A stretch of DNA of 64,000 bases from NCBI RefSeq assembly GCF_032444005.1, contig NC_091283.1, forward strand, positions 612,374,001 through 612,438,000. Direction: 5' to 3'. Shown in pieces: positions 47,461 to 59,889 of this stretch. Position 1 is the first letter of the stretch. Each line of letters begins with the position of its first letter. Source of the stretch: Ranitomeya imitator (taxonomy: Eukaryota). Under the pieces are notes generated by a model, which saw only the letters and a program-made list of their open reading frames with translations, did not search any database and was not told the origin of the DNA. The position numbers and the translations under genes are program-made.

Positions 47461-49367
47461 GGTGCATTCACTCTGTGACTCTTTGGACTGCAGACTTGTG
47501 CTTCTCACATTGCTGGCAGTGCTGTGGTCATTTGGCGGGTTTGTGATTTGCATACATGCGGTCACATGCCGACTAGACTTGCATGGCCTAATGCAACTGT
47601 ATTGAACAAGGCCCAAAACAGTCTAGTCGAAATGTGGCTGGGAATATATATATCGCATGCTTGCAGTCACAAGACCACCTGTTGCCGGCACCAGAGAATC
47701 TTCATAGCGCATGATATGAGGATTCACACATAGTGTCTGTAGACATGTAGCATAAGATCCGACAACCCCTTTAACCCCTTAGTGACAGAGCCAATTTGGT
47801 ACTTAATGACCGAGCCAATTTTTGCAATTCTGACCACTGTCACTTTATGAGGTTATAACTCTGGAACGCTTCAACGAATCCCGCTGATTCTGAGATTGTT
47901 TTTTCGTGACATATTGTTCTTCATGTTAGTGGTAACATTTCTTCGATATTACTTGCGATTATTTATGAAAAAAACGGAAATATGGCGAAAATTTTTAAAA
48001 TTTTGCAATTTTCAAACTTTGTATTTTTATGCCCTTAAATCAGAGAGATATGTCATGAAAAATAGTTAATAAATAACATTTCCCACATGTCTACTTTACA
48101 TCAGCACAATTTTGGAAACAACATTTTTTTTTGTTAGGGAGTTATAAGGGTTAAAAGTTGACCAGCAATTTCTCATTTTTACAACACCATTATTTTTTAG
48201 GGACCACATCACATTTGAAGTCATTTTGAGGGGTCTATATGATAGAAAATAATGAAGTGTGACACCATTCTAAAAACTACACCCCTCAAGGTTCTCAAAA
48301 CCACATTCAAGAAGTTTATTAACCCTTTACGTGCTTCACAGGAACTGAAACAATGTGGAAGGAAAAAATGAACATTTAACTTTTTTTTTGCAAACATCTT
48401 AATTCAGAACCATTTTTTTTATTTTCACAAGTGTAAAAACAGAAATGTAACCATAAATTTTGTTATGCAATTTCTCCTGAATACGCCAATACCCCATATG
48501 TGGGGGTAAACCACTTTTTGGGCGCACCGCAGAACTTAGAAGTGAAGGAGCGCCGTTTGACTTTTTCAATGCAGAATTGGCTGGAATTGAGATCGGACGC
48601 CATATCACGTTTAGAGAGCCCCTGATGTGCCTAAACAGTGGAAACTCCCCACAAGTGACACCATTTTGGAAACTAGACCCCTTAAGGAACTTATCTAGAT
48701 GTGTGGTGAGCACTTTGAACCCCCAAGTGCTTCACAGAAGTTTATAATGTAGAGCCGTGGGGAAAAAAAAAAAAAATCGAATTTTTTCTACAAAAATGAT
48801 CTTTTTGCCCACAAATTTTTATTTTCACAAGGGTAACAGGAGAAATTAGACCACTAAAGTTGTTGTGCAATTTCTCCTGAGTACGTCGATACCCAATATG
48901 TGGGGGTAAACCACTGTTAGGGCGCACCGCAGAGCTTGGAAGAGAAAGAGTGCCGTTTTACTTTTTCAATGTAGAATTGGCTGGAATTGAGATCGGACGC
49001 CATGTCGCGTTTGGAGAGCCCCTGATGTGCCTAAACAGTGGAAACCCCCCACAAGTGACCCCATTTTGGAAACTAGACCCCCATGGAACTTATATAGATG
49101 TGTGGTGAGAACTTTGAATGCCCAAGTGCTTCACAGAAGTTTATAATGCAGAGTCGTGAAAATAAAGAATATTTTTTTTTTCCACAAAAAAGATTTTTTA
49201 GCCCCCAAGTTTTTATTTTCACAAGGGTAACAGGAGAAATTGGACTGCAATAGTTGTTGTCCAATTTATCCCGAGTACGCTGATGCACCATATGTGGGGG
49301 TAAACCACTGTTTGGGCGCACGGCAGAGCTCGGAAGGGAAGGAGCGCTGTTTTGGAATGCAGACTTA

Positions 49368-49662
49368 GTCTACGTTCACATTAGCGTCGCGTCGCCGTTG
49401 CGTCGGCGACGCAGCGGCGACACGCGCAAAAACGCGCGCGTTTTGCGACGCGTGCGTCGTTTTTGACGAAAATCGGACGCACAGAAAATGCTACATGTAG
49501 CGTTTTCTTGCGTCCGACGCTAGCGTCGGAAACGACGCACGTGGCGAAAAACGCCACCAAAACAACGCACGCGTCCCCTATGTTAAACATAGGGGCGCGT
49601 CGCCGCTGCGTCGCCGACGCAACAGCGACGCACATTAGCGTAACGCTAATGTGAACGTAGCC
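49368..49662. mobile_element. PIF/Harbinger-like CpG-rich MITE
   Basis: TTA|GTCTACGTTCACATTAGCG...CGCTAATGTGAACGTAGCC|TTA. Confidence 0.85.
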
Positions 49663-50117
49663 TTAGATAGAATGGTCTGCGGGTATTATGTTGCGTTTGC
49701 AGAGCCCCTGATGTACCTAAACAGTAGTAACCCCCCACAAGTGACCCCGTTTTGGAAACTAGACCCCCCAAGGAACTTATATAGATGTGTGGTGAGAACT
49801 TTGAATGCCCAAGTGCTTCACAGAAGTTTATAATGCAGAGTCATAAAAAAAATATATATATATTTTTCCACAAAAAGGATTTTGTAGCCCCCAAGTTTTT
49901 ATTTTCACAAGGGTAACAAGAGAAATTGGACCCCAGAAGTTGTTGTCCAATTTATCCTGAGTATGCTGATGCCCCATATGTGGGGGTAACCCACTGTTTG
50001 GGCGCACGGCAGAGCTCAGAAGGGAGGGAGCACCATTTGACTTTTTGAGCGCAAAATTGGCTATCGTGTTTGGAGACCCCCTGATGTACCTAAACAGTGG
50101 AAACCCCCCAATTCTAG

Positions 50118-50965
50118 CTCCAACCCTAACCCCAACACACCCCTAACCCTAATCCCAACCCGATCCATAATCCTAATCACTAACCCTAACGATAATCACA
50201 ACCCTTACCCCAAAACAACCCTAATGTCAACCCTAACCATAACCCTAATCAAAACCCTAAATCCAACACACCCCTAATCCTAATCTCAACCCTAACCTCA
50301 AACCTAACCCTAATCCCAATACACCCCTAATCCCAAACCTAACCCTAATCCCAAGCGTAACCCTAATGCCAACCCTAACCCTAATACCAACCCTAATCCA
50401 ATCCCTAACCCTAATCCCAACTCCAACCCTAACCCTAGCCCTAAGGCTACTTTCACACTTGCGTTGTTTGGCATCCGTCGCAATCCGTCGTTTTGGACAA
50501 GAAACGGATCCTGCAAATGTGCCCGCAGGATGCGTTTTTTGCCCATAGACTTGTATTGCCGACGGATCGTGACGGATGGCCACACGTCGCGTCCATCGTG
50601 CACTGGATCAGTGTTTTGGTGGACCGTCAGCACAAAAAAAGTGCAATGTAACTTTTTTTGTACGTCGCATCCGCCATTTCTGACCTCGCATGCGTGGCCG
50701 TAACTCCGCCCCCTCCTCCCCAGGACATAGATTGGGCAGCGGATGCGTTGAAAAACTTCATCCGCTGCCCACGTTGTGCACAATTTTCACAACGTGCGTC
50801 AGTATGTCGGGCCGATGCATTGCGACGGCCCCGTACCGACGTAAGTGTGAAAGAAGCCTAACCCTAAATTTAGCGCCAACCCTAACTCTAAATTTAGCCC
50901 CAACCCTAACCCTAAATTTAGCCCCAACCCTAACCCTAAATTTAGCCCCAACCCTAATTTTAGCC
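50118..50965. repeat. Degenerate telomere-like (CCCTAA)n array split by a MITE
   Basis: AACCCT/AATCCC hexamers at 50118-50444 and 24-bp AACCCTAAATTTAGCCCCAACCCT-type units at 50859-50965. Confidence 0.85.
50445..50858. mobile_element. PIF/Harbinger-like MITE
   Basis: TAA|GGCTACTTTCACACTTGCG...CGTAAGTGTGAAAGAAGCC|TAA. Confidence 0.88.
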
Positions 50966-51849
50966 CCAACTGCTCTTCTCCTGCCGGCCGGCAGATGGAG
51001 ACAGATGGCGGGCGCACTGCGCATGCGCACGCCAATTTCTTTTGCCGGCGGCCAGGAGGAGCAGCAGGAGGACCCAGGGACACAGGTGAGTATGATAGGG
51101 TCCCCGAATCCCCCTATTTCTCTGTCCTCTGATGTGCGATCACATCAGAAGACAGAGAATTACACTTTGACTTTTTTTTTTTTGCGATCGCCGGTAAACA
51201 GTTAATTACCGGCGATTGCAAAACAGGGGTCGGTAAAACCGACCGCGATCATGCTCTTTGGGGTCTCGGCTACCCCCGGCAGCCGAGACCCCAAAGATTC
51301 TAACGGGGCCGGCCGGCGGGCGCACTGCGCATGAGCCCGCCATTTTGAAGATGGCGGCGCCCACCAGGAGCCACGAGGAGCACCGGGGGAGATGGGTATT
51401 GGGGGGCTACCTGGGACCCCTTTTCTCTGTCCTCCGATGTGCGATCAGATCGGAGGACAGAGAAATTAAAAAGAGATCGCGTTTTTTTTTGCGATCGCCG
51501 GTAAACGGTTAATTACCGGCGATCGCAAATGCGGGGTGGGTTAAAAAACCCCCGAATCATGTTCTCTGGGGTCTTGGCTACCCCCGGCAGCCGAGACCCC
51601 GGAGAAAATCCGACTCTGGGGGGCGCTATTCACTTTTTCCACAGCGCTGTTAATTAACGGCGCTGTGGTTTAAGTACCCTTAGCGGCCGCCGTTAAAAGG
51701 CGTATCGGCGGTCGCTAAGGGGTTAAGGATGAGCCCCTACTCATGGGCCACTGCTATGTGCTTGCCCCCCAGGCCAAAATTTGCCAGTCAGCCCCTGCCC
51801 AGGTGGATGAGCATAGAGCAACTGGGCGAGCTGGAATCAAGTTTTTATA

Positions 51850-54631
51850 ATCTAATACCCTCTCCTTAGGACAACATCACATTTGATGTGACTCTGAGGG
51901 GCCTATATGACAGAAAATACCCAAAACTGACATGTGGAATGTGGAAGGGTAATAAGAGAAATTGGACCCCAAAATCTGCTGTGCAATTTCTCCTGAGTAC
52001 GCCGATACCCCATATGTAGAGGAAAACTACTGCTTGGGTGCACAGCAGAGTTCTGAAGGGGAGGAGTGATGTTTTGGAATATAGACTTTGGTGGATTGGT
52101 CTGTGGGCGTCATGTCATGTTTGGAGAGCCCCTAATGTGCCTAAACAGTGGATGTGTACATCAGGTTGGCATACGTGAGTTGTGCAAGTCAGAAATGAAT
52201 TTAGTAGTCCATGGATGTGTGGTAGAGTTTGAAGCATTCAATACAGGCCAGGTTGGTCGGGGCAGGTATCGCATTGATAAGTAGTGTCCTTGTGTATCCC
52301 CCTTTCTCTAACACACTCGCCACCTCTTTTGTGACCTTCATTTCTTTGTGGTTTGATTGATTTCTCCGGGGAAATGTTGACTTTGTACGATACGATCACC
52401 TTCAGTTCCAAAAGTAATGGGGCCTGCTCCTTCCTGACTTCCAAAGATTAAGGGCCTTGATCACTACCTCCTGGAACTGAAGGTACATACCAGTCTGGCC
52501 TGCACATTGTGATAGCACCTAAGCGTTGTACATTGCCATCTGTATGATGTGCACAGTCAGCTTCTTGTACCACACCTTGGCTTTTTTGATGGCACTGTAC
52601 GGCTGGAGGACTTGATCATGGAGATTACCTCCCCACATGTTCTTGTTCTACCCCAGTACACAGTCTGGTTTGGTGACCTGTACCTTGTACAGTGGTGGAG
52701 GTGCTGCTATCACCATGTATGGTGGTCAAGAAAAGTACATCCCTCTTGTACTTGACCACCAGCATTTTGTCGCTACATTGGCCTCTGCTCTGACACTTTC
52801 TGAGAAGGTGCCCGATTAGCGTCTTAAGGAAGCCTTTCTGATTTTTGCGGACAGTACCGCATCATGCAGTAGCTCGAGCAGAGAGGAACTTGAAAAGTGG
52901 GATGCTGTATAAAAGTTATCTACGTAGAGGTGATACCCTTGATCTAGCACTGGATGCACACATTTCCCTCTCACTGCCAGGAGAGATGGACATTCGGGGA
53001 GGAGGGGGGTGTTCAATCCAGGTGTCCTTCCATAAACGCTAAACCTGTGGGTGTACCCTGAAGTACTCGCACACTTTTTAGAGCTTATTTCCATACTTGG
53101 CCCTCTTACTGGACAGGTATTGCCAGAATTTGAGCCTCCCTTTGAAATGCATTAGGGACTCATCCACGCAGATATCCCTTTCGGGAATGGACAATGACTG
53201 GATGAATAACCAGTCAGCGATGGAGTCTTCTCAGGGAGGATGAAGAAATATAAAGGAAGGTGGCATCCTCTCCCTCACCAACGTTGTTGAAGGCAAGGGA
53301 AGCGCATGTCTACTCTGCTAAATACTGTGTTTGGGACGAGTGGGACATTTTTTTTTTTTCACGTATGCAGTATTTGTGTGTGCATCAAATTTTATTCAGG
53401 TGTATGTGTGTTTGGTGTAAACATTTTTTTTATTTAGAAGAGAAAACAAAAAATATAGAAAGAAAACTATTAAAATTTGGTAAAATAAAAAACAGATGTA
53501 CTAACCGGACGTCAGTAAAAAAATAATTACCGAACGCCCACAACTGACACTAAACCTGACTCAACTCAGTCAAAAAAAATACTGTAGTAGACGCCGATTA
53601 CTACTGCATATTTTTACAGTCCCTAATCTAGTCGCATCAACTAATCTAAATTATTTCTGTTGATTCTTTTTTCACACAAAAAACAAAGAAAACAACCAGA
53701 GGACAATCGCTGATGTGAGTCGGTGATCAGCACTCGACATGCACGGATGTGGTACAAAAAGGGAAAAAAAAAAAGGCCTTGCCAAAAGCAGGCACGGACG
53801 CCAATCAGTGATGTGTATCTGTTTGGCGGCTATGCAACTGTAGGATGCACAAACCACAGTGGTGATGGTGGGGCATGAAAGAGATAACGAGAAGTCCTTG
53901 AGAACAGCGACCACGAGAGCGGATCTGTCATTTGCGTCACTGATGAGCGCTTGGCGCAGGAAAAATAAAAAACTTGACAAAAATCGAGCGATCAAGTACT
54001 GATCCGCGCTCAGTGGCAGAACGGTGGGGTGTGAAAGGGGGATTGGGGTGGATTAGGAAAGATCAGGGAAGAATCAGGAATGCCTTCATCTTCAGCAGCA
54101 GCTGGAACACCAGCAGGGATCACATAAGCTTGAAAAAGTCTGTGGCACCACACGGTCCAGCACAGCGCATAGAACGACACAGTGACCCCCTGTTCACAGC
54201 TACAGTAGAATGAAAAAGTACAGGACAGTCACTGTGATGTCACATCGTGTCTGTGCCCTCTAATTGGTGCGATCCATGTCATCGTCAATAGGAAAAATCA
54301 GAGTTGGCCCTGTTGACACCATGGTTGCTAGGTTCCAGCCTCTTACAGCACTGATCGTAGGCTGGACATCAGTGTTTCAGGACATGTCATTGTCTGAAAC
54401 CCTGAAAACCTTGTGATTGGCTGTTCAGTTCTGAACAGCCAATCACAGCGATCGTAGTTGGTGGGTGGGGGGCTTCGCCACCCTCGGGACGACTCCTCAA
54501 TGTATCCTACTGCAAGATTAAGCAAGCACCTTAATGCGGTGCCGCATTAAAGATATGATGTATCCATACGTCCCAGGTGGGCAAGTACCTACCGACCTGG
54601 ACGTATGGATACGTCAAAAGTCGTAACGGGG
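51850..54631 (-). pseudogene. Decayed piggyBac element with transposase remnant (about 52215-53200)
   Basis: Minus-strand fragments VDESLMHFKGRLKFWQYLSSKRAKYG, CASTSGYTHRF, GYHLYVDNFYT and the Cys-rich tail KDTTYQCDTCPDQPGL. One terminus is CGTAACGGGG|TTAA at 54631; the other end is uncertain. Confidence 0.85.
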
Positions 54632-55460
54632 TTAAGTGCAGAATGAAAACTTTTCTGTACTAGAAAAAAAAAAAAAAAAAAACACTAAAAAAACGCGGCT
54701 TCACATCTGCACCAAAAAAGGATCACATAAGGGGGAAAAGGCATAAACAATGCAACAAAGATGCAGTTTGGTGTGGACACCAGCAGACAGCATAAATACT
54801 GTTTTTTTTTTTGGTATGTGTGAACAAAGCCTTACAAACACAACAAAGCCAGATGTCATAGTGAAGCTTGCATAAAAATGAGAACATTCTGGCTGCTACA
54901 ACTGTGAGCAAATAATAAATCCATATGTCCCAACTAGAGATGATGAGTGGTGCACAAATAAAATTGCACTAGCCCTGACTAATCAAAAGCTGCATCGGGA
55001 GGCAAGACTCTCAGGATTTCCATCCAGCCGCCAGTTCACAGACCGGAGTCCTGTGAACCGATCCGTTCATCTCTAGTCCCAACTGTCCCGGATGTGGCTG
55101 TACAGTCCCTGGGTGTCTCCTGAATGTCCCTCACTGCCATCGCCCCTCTGACATCTCCTCCTGCCAGGGGAGAAAGAACTGGTGATCAAGACCTGACGCA
55201 GTGTGCTACGCGCCACTGTATATCCCTCTCTGCTTTTCAAAAGTGGGGTTAAAAGTGATGGTTACTGGTGATAAGACTAAACCTCAGATTATCCACCCGA
55301 GACTCTACTGGAGTTGGGAATTCCCCCCCCCCCCCCCAAAAAAAAAGTTTTTGTACCCCCCCTAAAAAAAATAAGCTTTTGGTTCATGTTGGGAGTTTTC
55401 CTTCTCAACATTGTAAAAGAATAGGTTGAACTGGATGGACAGACATCTTTTTCTTACAAA

Positions 55461-55463
<3 letters not shown>

Positions 55464-55519
<56 letters not shown>

Positions 55520-55530
55520 CACACACACAC
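55464..55530. repeat. (TA)n/(CA)n microsatellite
   Basis: Directly visible. Confidence 0.9.
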
Positions 55531-55761
55531 TATGTCTCCACAACACATTCTATGTATCAATGACAACGTATTCCCCCGGAAGGTCCATAATATGACTTGT
55601 GAGTAGAAGGAATTCTTCCAAGTACTCAGTTATGCCCAGCTGATAAGACAGGGGTGGTGGTTACCGCCATTGTATTGATATTACTGAGTCTAGAAGGCAT
55701 GAGGAACGGTCCCTAACTGAGGAGACCCTCCAGCTCCATAAGAAGTGGCTAGTGTACTTAC

Positions 55762-55815
55762 CATGGACAAATACTTTAAGTAGCTCTGACAGAAGTAGTA
55801 TGGAGTCTCCACTGA
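55762..55815 (-). CDS. CENPX: CENPX exon 3 (54 nt)
   Basis: GTATTTCAG|...|GTAAGT. Encodes ISGDSILLLSELLKVFVH versus human VSGDALQLMVELLKVFVV. Confidence 0.95.
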
Positions 55816-56502
55816 CTGAAATACAAGAAAGACGATCTGGTAAAATGCATATCAGCCACAAAAAGATCCACAAATAGGCTCATAATGTACAGGTGGCTAT
55901 GAACAGAAGAGAAGGACCGGCCAGAATGTGACTGACCATACTCAGGATCCGACCAACAACATGTCAAAGTAATATCGCACGTCCTGACCATACTAATTTT
56001 CATTTCTGTTTTTCTTTCCTCCCCTTCTTCCAAGATTTGTATTTCTCTGTTGATATACCTGTATGGTGTTTTATTGTGGGCTGAATTATAGTTTTGAATT
56101 GCACCCTTCACTTTATTATGTACTGAAAATCGAGAAAGAAAAATTCCACGTGGGGTGAAATGGTGTAAAAAATGCAATTTTGCCTATGGTTTTTAAGTTT
56201 TATCTTCATGGAGGTCACAGTGCAGGAATAATTACCAGGTTTTTCCAGTTCTGTAAGACTAAGACCCACAACTTTGTTTTATTGTCAGTGAGGCTGTGTG
56301 AGGGGATGTCGTTTGTAGGGCAAACCGTACTTTTAATGGTCACATTTCGGGGTACATACAAAAAAAGTTGCATTATTCTACGTTATTAGTACTGATTGAC
56401 AAAAACAAAAAAACAATTCCCATAATTAGGCTACACTCCCATCATGAGCATTTAGTGAGCTTTTGATGTTGCACATTTTCCACAGCATTTCTGCACTTAT
56501 TA

Positions 56503-56788
56503 GGCCACATTCACACGTTCAGTATTTGGTCAGTTTTTTACCTCAGTATCTGTAAGCCAAAACCAGGAGTGGGTGATAAATACAGAAGTGGTGACTTGTT
56601 TTATAGTTTTCCTCTGATTGGTCAGTATTTTACCTCAGTATTTCTCAGCCAAAACCAGGAGTGGGTGATAAATACAGAAGTGGTGACATGTTTCTATTAT
56701 ACTTTTACTCTAATTGTTCCACTCCTGGTTTTGGCTTACACATACTGAGGTAAGATACTGACCAAATACTCAACGTGTGACTGTGACC
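56503..56788. mobile_element. PIF/Harbinger-like MITE with internal duplication
   Basis: TTA|GGCCACATTCACACGTT...AACGTGTGACTGTGACC|TTA. The AAAACCAGGAGTGGGTGATAAATACAGAAGTGGTGAC block occurs twice. Confidence 0.75.
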
Positions 56789-57712
56789 TTAGAGTATGTG
56801 CAAATGTTTAGTAAGAAAAAAAAATCTGCAAAAACCAGAGCATTGGCAGGAAAAACACTGCGTAAAATATGCGCGATTTGATGCATTTTTCATTTCCATT
56901 TTTTTCAATTGGTGAAAAATCCTGTAAAAATGCAGAAAGAATTGACAGAGATAAACCCTTAGGTAAAACAGGTTACTTGCATTTTTTTCATTGCGTTTAA
57001 TGCATTTATAGCATTTTTTAGTCTCTTTGGTGTGTCATGCTTTAAATAAAGCCGCTTTGTTTTTTGATACTTCCCGGTTTTTGGCTTTGGTACAGTCATG
57101 TGCGGATTACATGCGTTCATACTGTGTTACTGCAGCGGATACGCACTAAAAATGCACGTGCGTTCTTTACCTGCAGATTTTCCACATCTAATGCAAGTCT
57201 ATTGGAAAAATCTGCACAGAAAACTCAGCATACCCGTAAGAGAAACTGAAATGTTGCGGATTTCAACCAGGTCAGTTTACGTGGAGTAAGAAAAAAAAAG
57301 AAAAGCACAGCAGACCAGAGATCTCTATGAATCCCATCCAGTTTGCTGGTACTGTAAGACGTTGCGTTATTATGTGCAATGTCAAGAATCATCATGGGAG
57401 CTTATCCTCACACAGCCAATACCGAGTCCAACTCATGCGAACGGAGCTGGATCTAATCGCAGCAGTTTAACCTCTTCGATATAATTGATGATAGCGGCAT
57501 TACTGTGATTATGAGAAGCCTTACTTGCATTTTTGCATGGGCTTTTGATGCGTTTTTCCCATTCATTAGTATGTGTAACATCTGCAGCAAATATGCAGAA
57601 AGAATTGACAAGCTGCAGATTTAAACCTGCAATGAAAAAACGTGTGCACAGACCCTTTATGGCCTCTGGTATATTTTCCCTCTACAGCCACCAACATCAA
57701 TAAGTTCTACGT

Positions 57713-59300
57713 ATTTATCTGGAGGGTTATGAGCAGGTGTGTGGTTTCGGCTGCCCTTTATCTGGAGGGTATGCGCAGGTGTATGGTCTCGGCTGCCCTT
57801 TATCTGGTGGGTATGCGCAGGTGTATGGTCTCGGCTGCTGTTTATCTGGAGGGTATGAGCAGGTGTGTGGTCTCGGCTGCCATTTATCTGGTGGGTATGA
57901 GCAGGTGTGTGGTCCCGGCTGCCCTTTATCTGGTGGGTATGAGCAGGTGTGTGGTCTCGGCTGCCATTTATCTGGTGGGTATGAGCAGGTGTGTGGTCTC
58001 GGCTGCCGTTTATCTGGTGGGTATGAGCAGGAGTGTGGTCTCGGCTGCCGTTTATCTGGTGGGTATGAGCAGGTGTGTGGTCTCGGCTGCCGTTTATCTG
58101 GAGGGTATGAGCAGGTGTGTGGTCCCGGCTGCCATTTATCTGGTGGGTATGAGCAGGTGTGTGGTCTCGGCTGCCGTTTATCTGGTGGGTATGAGCAGGA
58201 GTGTGGTCTCGGCTACCGTTTATCTGGTGGGTATGAGCAGGTGTGTGGTCTCGGCTGCCGTTTATCTGGTGGGTATGAGCAGGTGTGTGGTCTCGGCTGC
58301 CGTTTATCTGGTGGGTATGAGCAGGCGTGTGGTCTTGGCTGCCATTTATCTGGTGGGTATGAGCAGGCGTGTGGTCTCGGCTGCCATTTATCTGGTGGGT
58401 ATGAGCAGGTGTGTGGTCCCGGCTGATGTTTATCTGGTGGGTATGAGCAGGTGTGTGGTCCCGGCTGCCATTTATCTGGTGGGTATGAGCAGGTGTGTGG
58501 TCTTGGCTGATGTTTATCTGGTGGGTATGAGCAGGTGTGTGGTCCCGGCTGCCATTTATCTGGTGGGTATGAGCAGGTGTGTGGTCTCGGCTGCCATTTA
58601 TCTGGTGGGTATGAGCAGGTGTGTGGTCCCGGCTGCCCTTTATCTGGTGGGTATGAGCAGGTGTGTGGTCTCGGCTGCCATTTATCTGGTGGGTATGAGC
58701 AGGTGTGTGGTCTCGGCTGCCGTTTATCTGGTGGGTATGAGCAGGAGTGTGGTCTCGGCTGCCGTTTATCTGGTGGGTATGAGCAGGTGTGTGGTCTCGG
58801 CTGCCGTTTATCTGGAGGGTATGAGCAGGTGTGTGGTCCCGGCTGCCATTTATCTGGTGGGTATGAGCAGGTGTGTGGTCTCGGCTGCCGTTTATCTGGT
58901 GGGTATGAGCAGGTGTGTGGTCTCGGCTGCCGTTTATCTGGTGGGTATGAGCAGGCGTGTGGTCTCGGCTGCCATTTATCTGGTGGGTATGAGCAGGCGT
59001 GTGGTCTCGGCTGCCATTTATCTGGTGGGTATGAGCAGGTGTGTGGTCCCGGCTGATGTTTATCTGGTGGGTATGAGCAGGTGTGTGGTCCCGGCTGCCA
59101 TTTATCTGGTGGGTATGAGCAGGTGTGTGGTCTTGGCTGATGTTTATCTGGTGGGTATGAGCAGGTGTGTGGTCCCGGCTGCCATTTATCTGGTGGGTAT
59201 GAGCAGGTGTGTGGTCTTGGCTGCCATTTATCTGGTGGGTATGAGCAGGTGTGTGGTCTCGGCTGCCATTTATCTGGTGGGTATGAGCAGGTGTGTGGTC
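57713..59300. repeat. 42-bp minisatellite, about 38 copies, in CENPX intron 2
   Basis: Unit GTTTATCTGGTGGGTATGAGCAGGTGTGTGGTCTCGGCTGCC; 14-aa periodicity in the ORF track. Confidence 0.95.
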
Positions 59301-59305
59301 CTTAC

Positions 59306-59357
59306 TTTTAGTCTTCTCTTCTTCTAGGTGCATGTGCAGCAGTTTGGAGACTAGGCT
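59306..59357 (-). CDS. CENPX: CENPX exon 2 (52 nt)
   Basis: TTTCTTACAG|...|GTAAGG. Encodes SLVSKLLHMHLEEEKTK versus human ELVSRLLHLHFKDDKTK. Confidence 0.94.
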
Positions 59358-59889
59358 CTGTAAGAAAAAGAGTGGCCATTAACCCCATCAGGACCAGCCC
59401 CTATTTATGCGGAGTTATTAGTCCCAGCTTTATAGACGGATATTGTTGGGAAGTGCTTGTAAAAAACATATGCTGTTTTTTGAGACCTTAACATTTGTTT
59501 TGTTTATGGCTCATCTAGGAGACCGACCACCGCTGCTATCTAGCCTACAAGTTTTTCTCCTAGGCAACATAAACAAAACAAGTGATGATACCTCTTTTTC
59601 CCCTGTGTCAGGGCTTGTTATCCTTGGTATCATATGTTGGGTCATTTTGTGAGAGGTCTGAATGACGCTTTCATTAGTGGGCACCTCCATCTACACCAAA
59701 GTTTGCGGCGCGCAACGTGCGCCGTGGCAAATTTTAGGCCACGCCTCTGACCACACCCATTCATAGCTAGTCACACTCATATCCACGTCCCAACCACACC
59801 CATTTAGCACTGCTGATCACACTGTTTCATAAAGAATAATTATAAACAAAAAAATATGGCCACACAGTGCTCCATACTGTATAATCGCT

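Larger units (their letters stand above)
47775..51722. mobile_element. Large piggyBac-like non-autonomous element (3948 bp) with internal tandem modules and telomere-like repeats
   Basis: TTAA|CCCCTTAGTGAC...GTCGCTAAGGGG|TTAA, with several copies of a roughly 0.35-0.4-kb module at 48.3-50.1 kb. Confidence 0.88.

Noticed and set aside
50118-50965. True telomere or chromosome-fusion scar
   Set aside because: Repeats are degenerate, in one orientation only, and embedded within a TSD-flanked transposon.
57642-59327. 561-aa plus-strand ORF (MSRCVVSAAVYLVG repeats) and the CGLGCRLSGGYEQV frames
   Set aside because: Translation of a 42-bp minisatellite antisense to CENPX intron 2; no splice or promoter context and no non-repeat domain.
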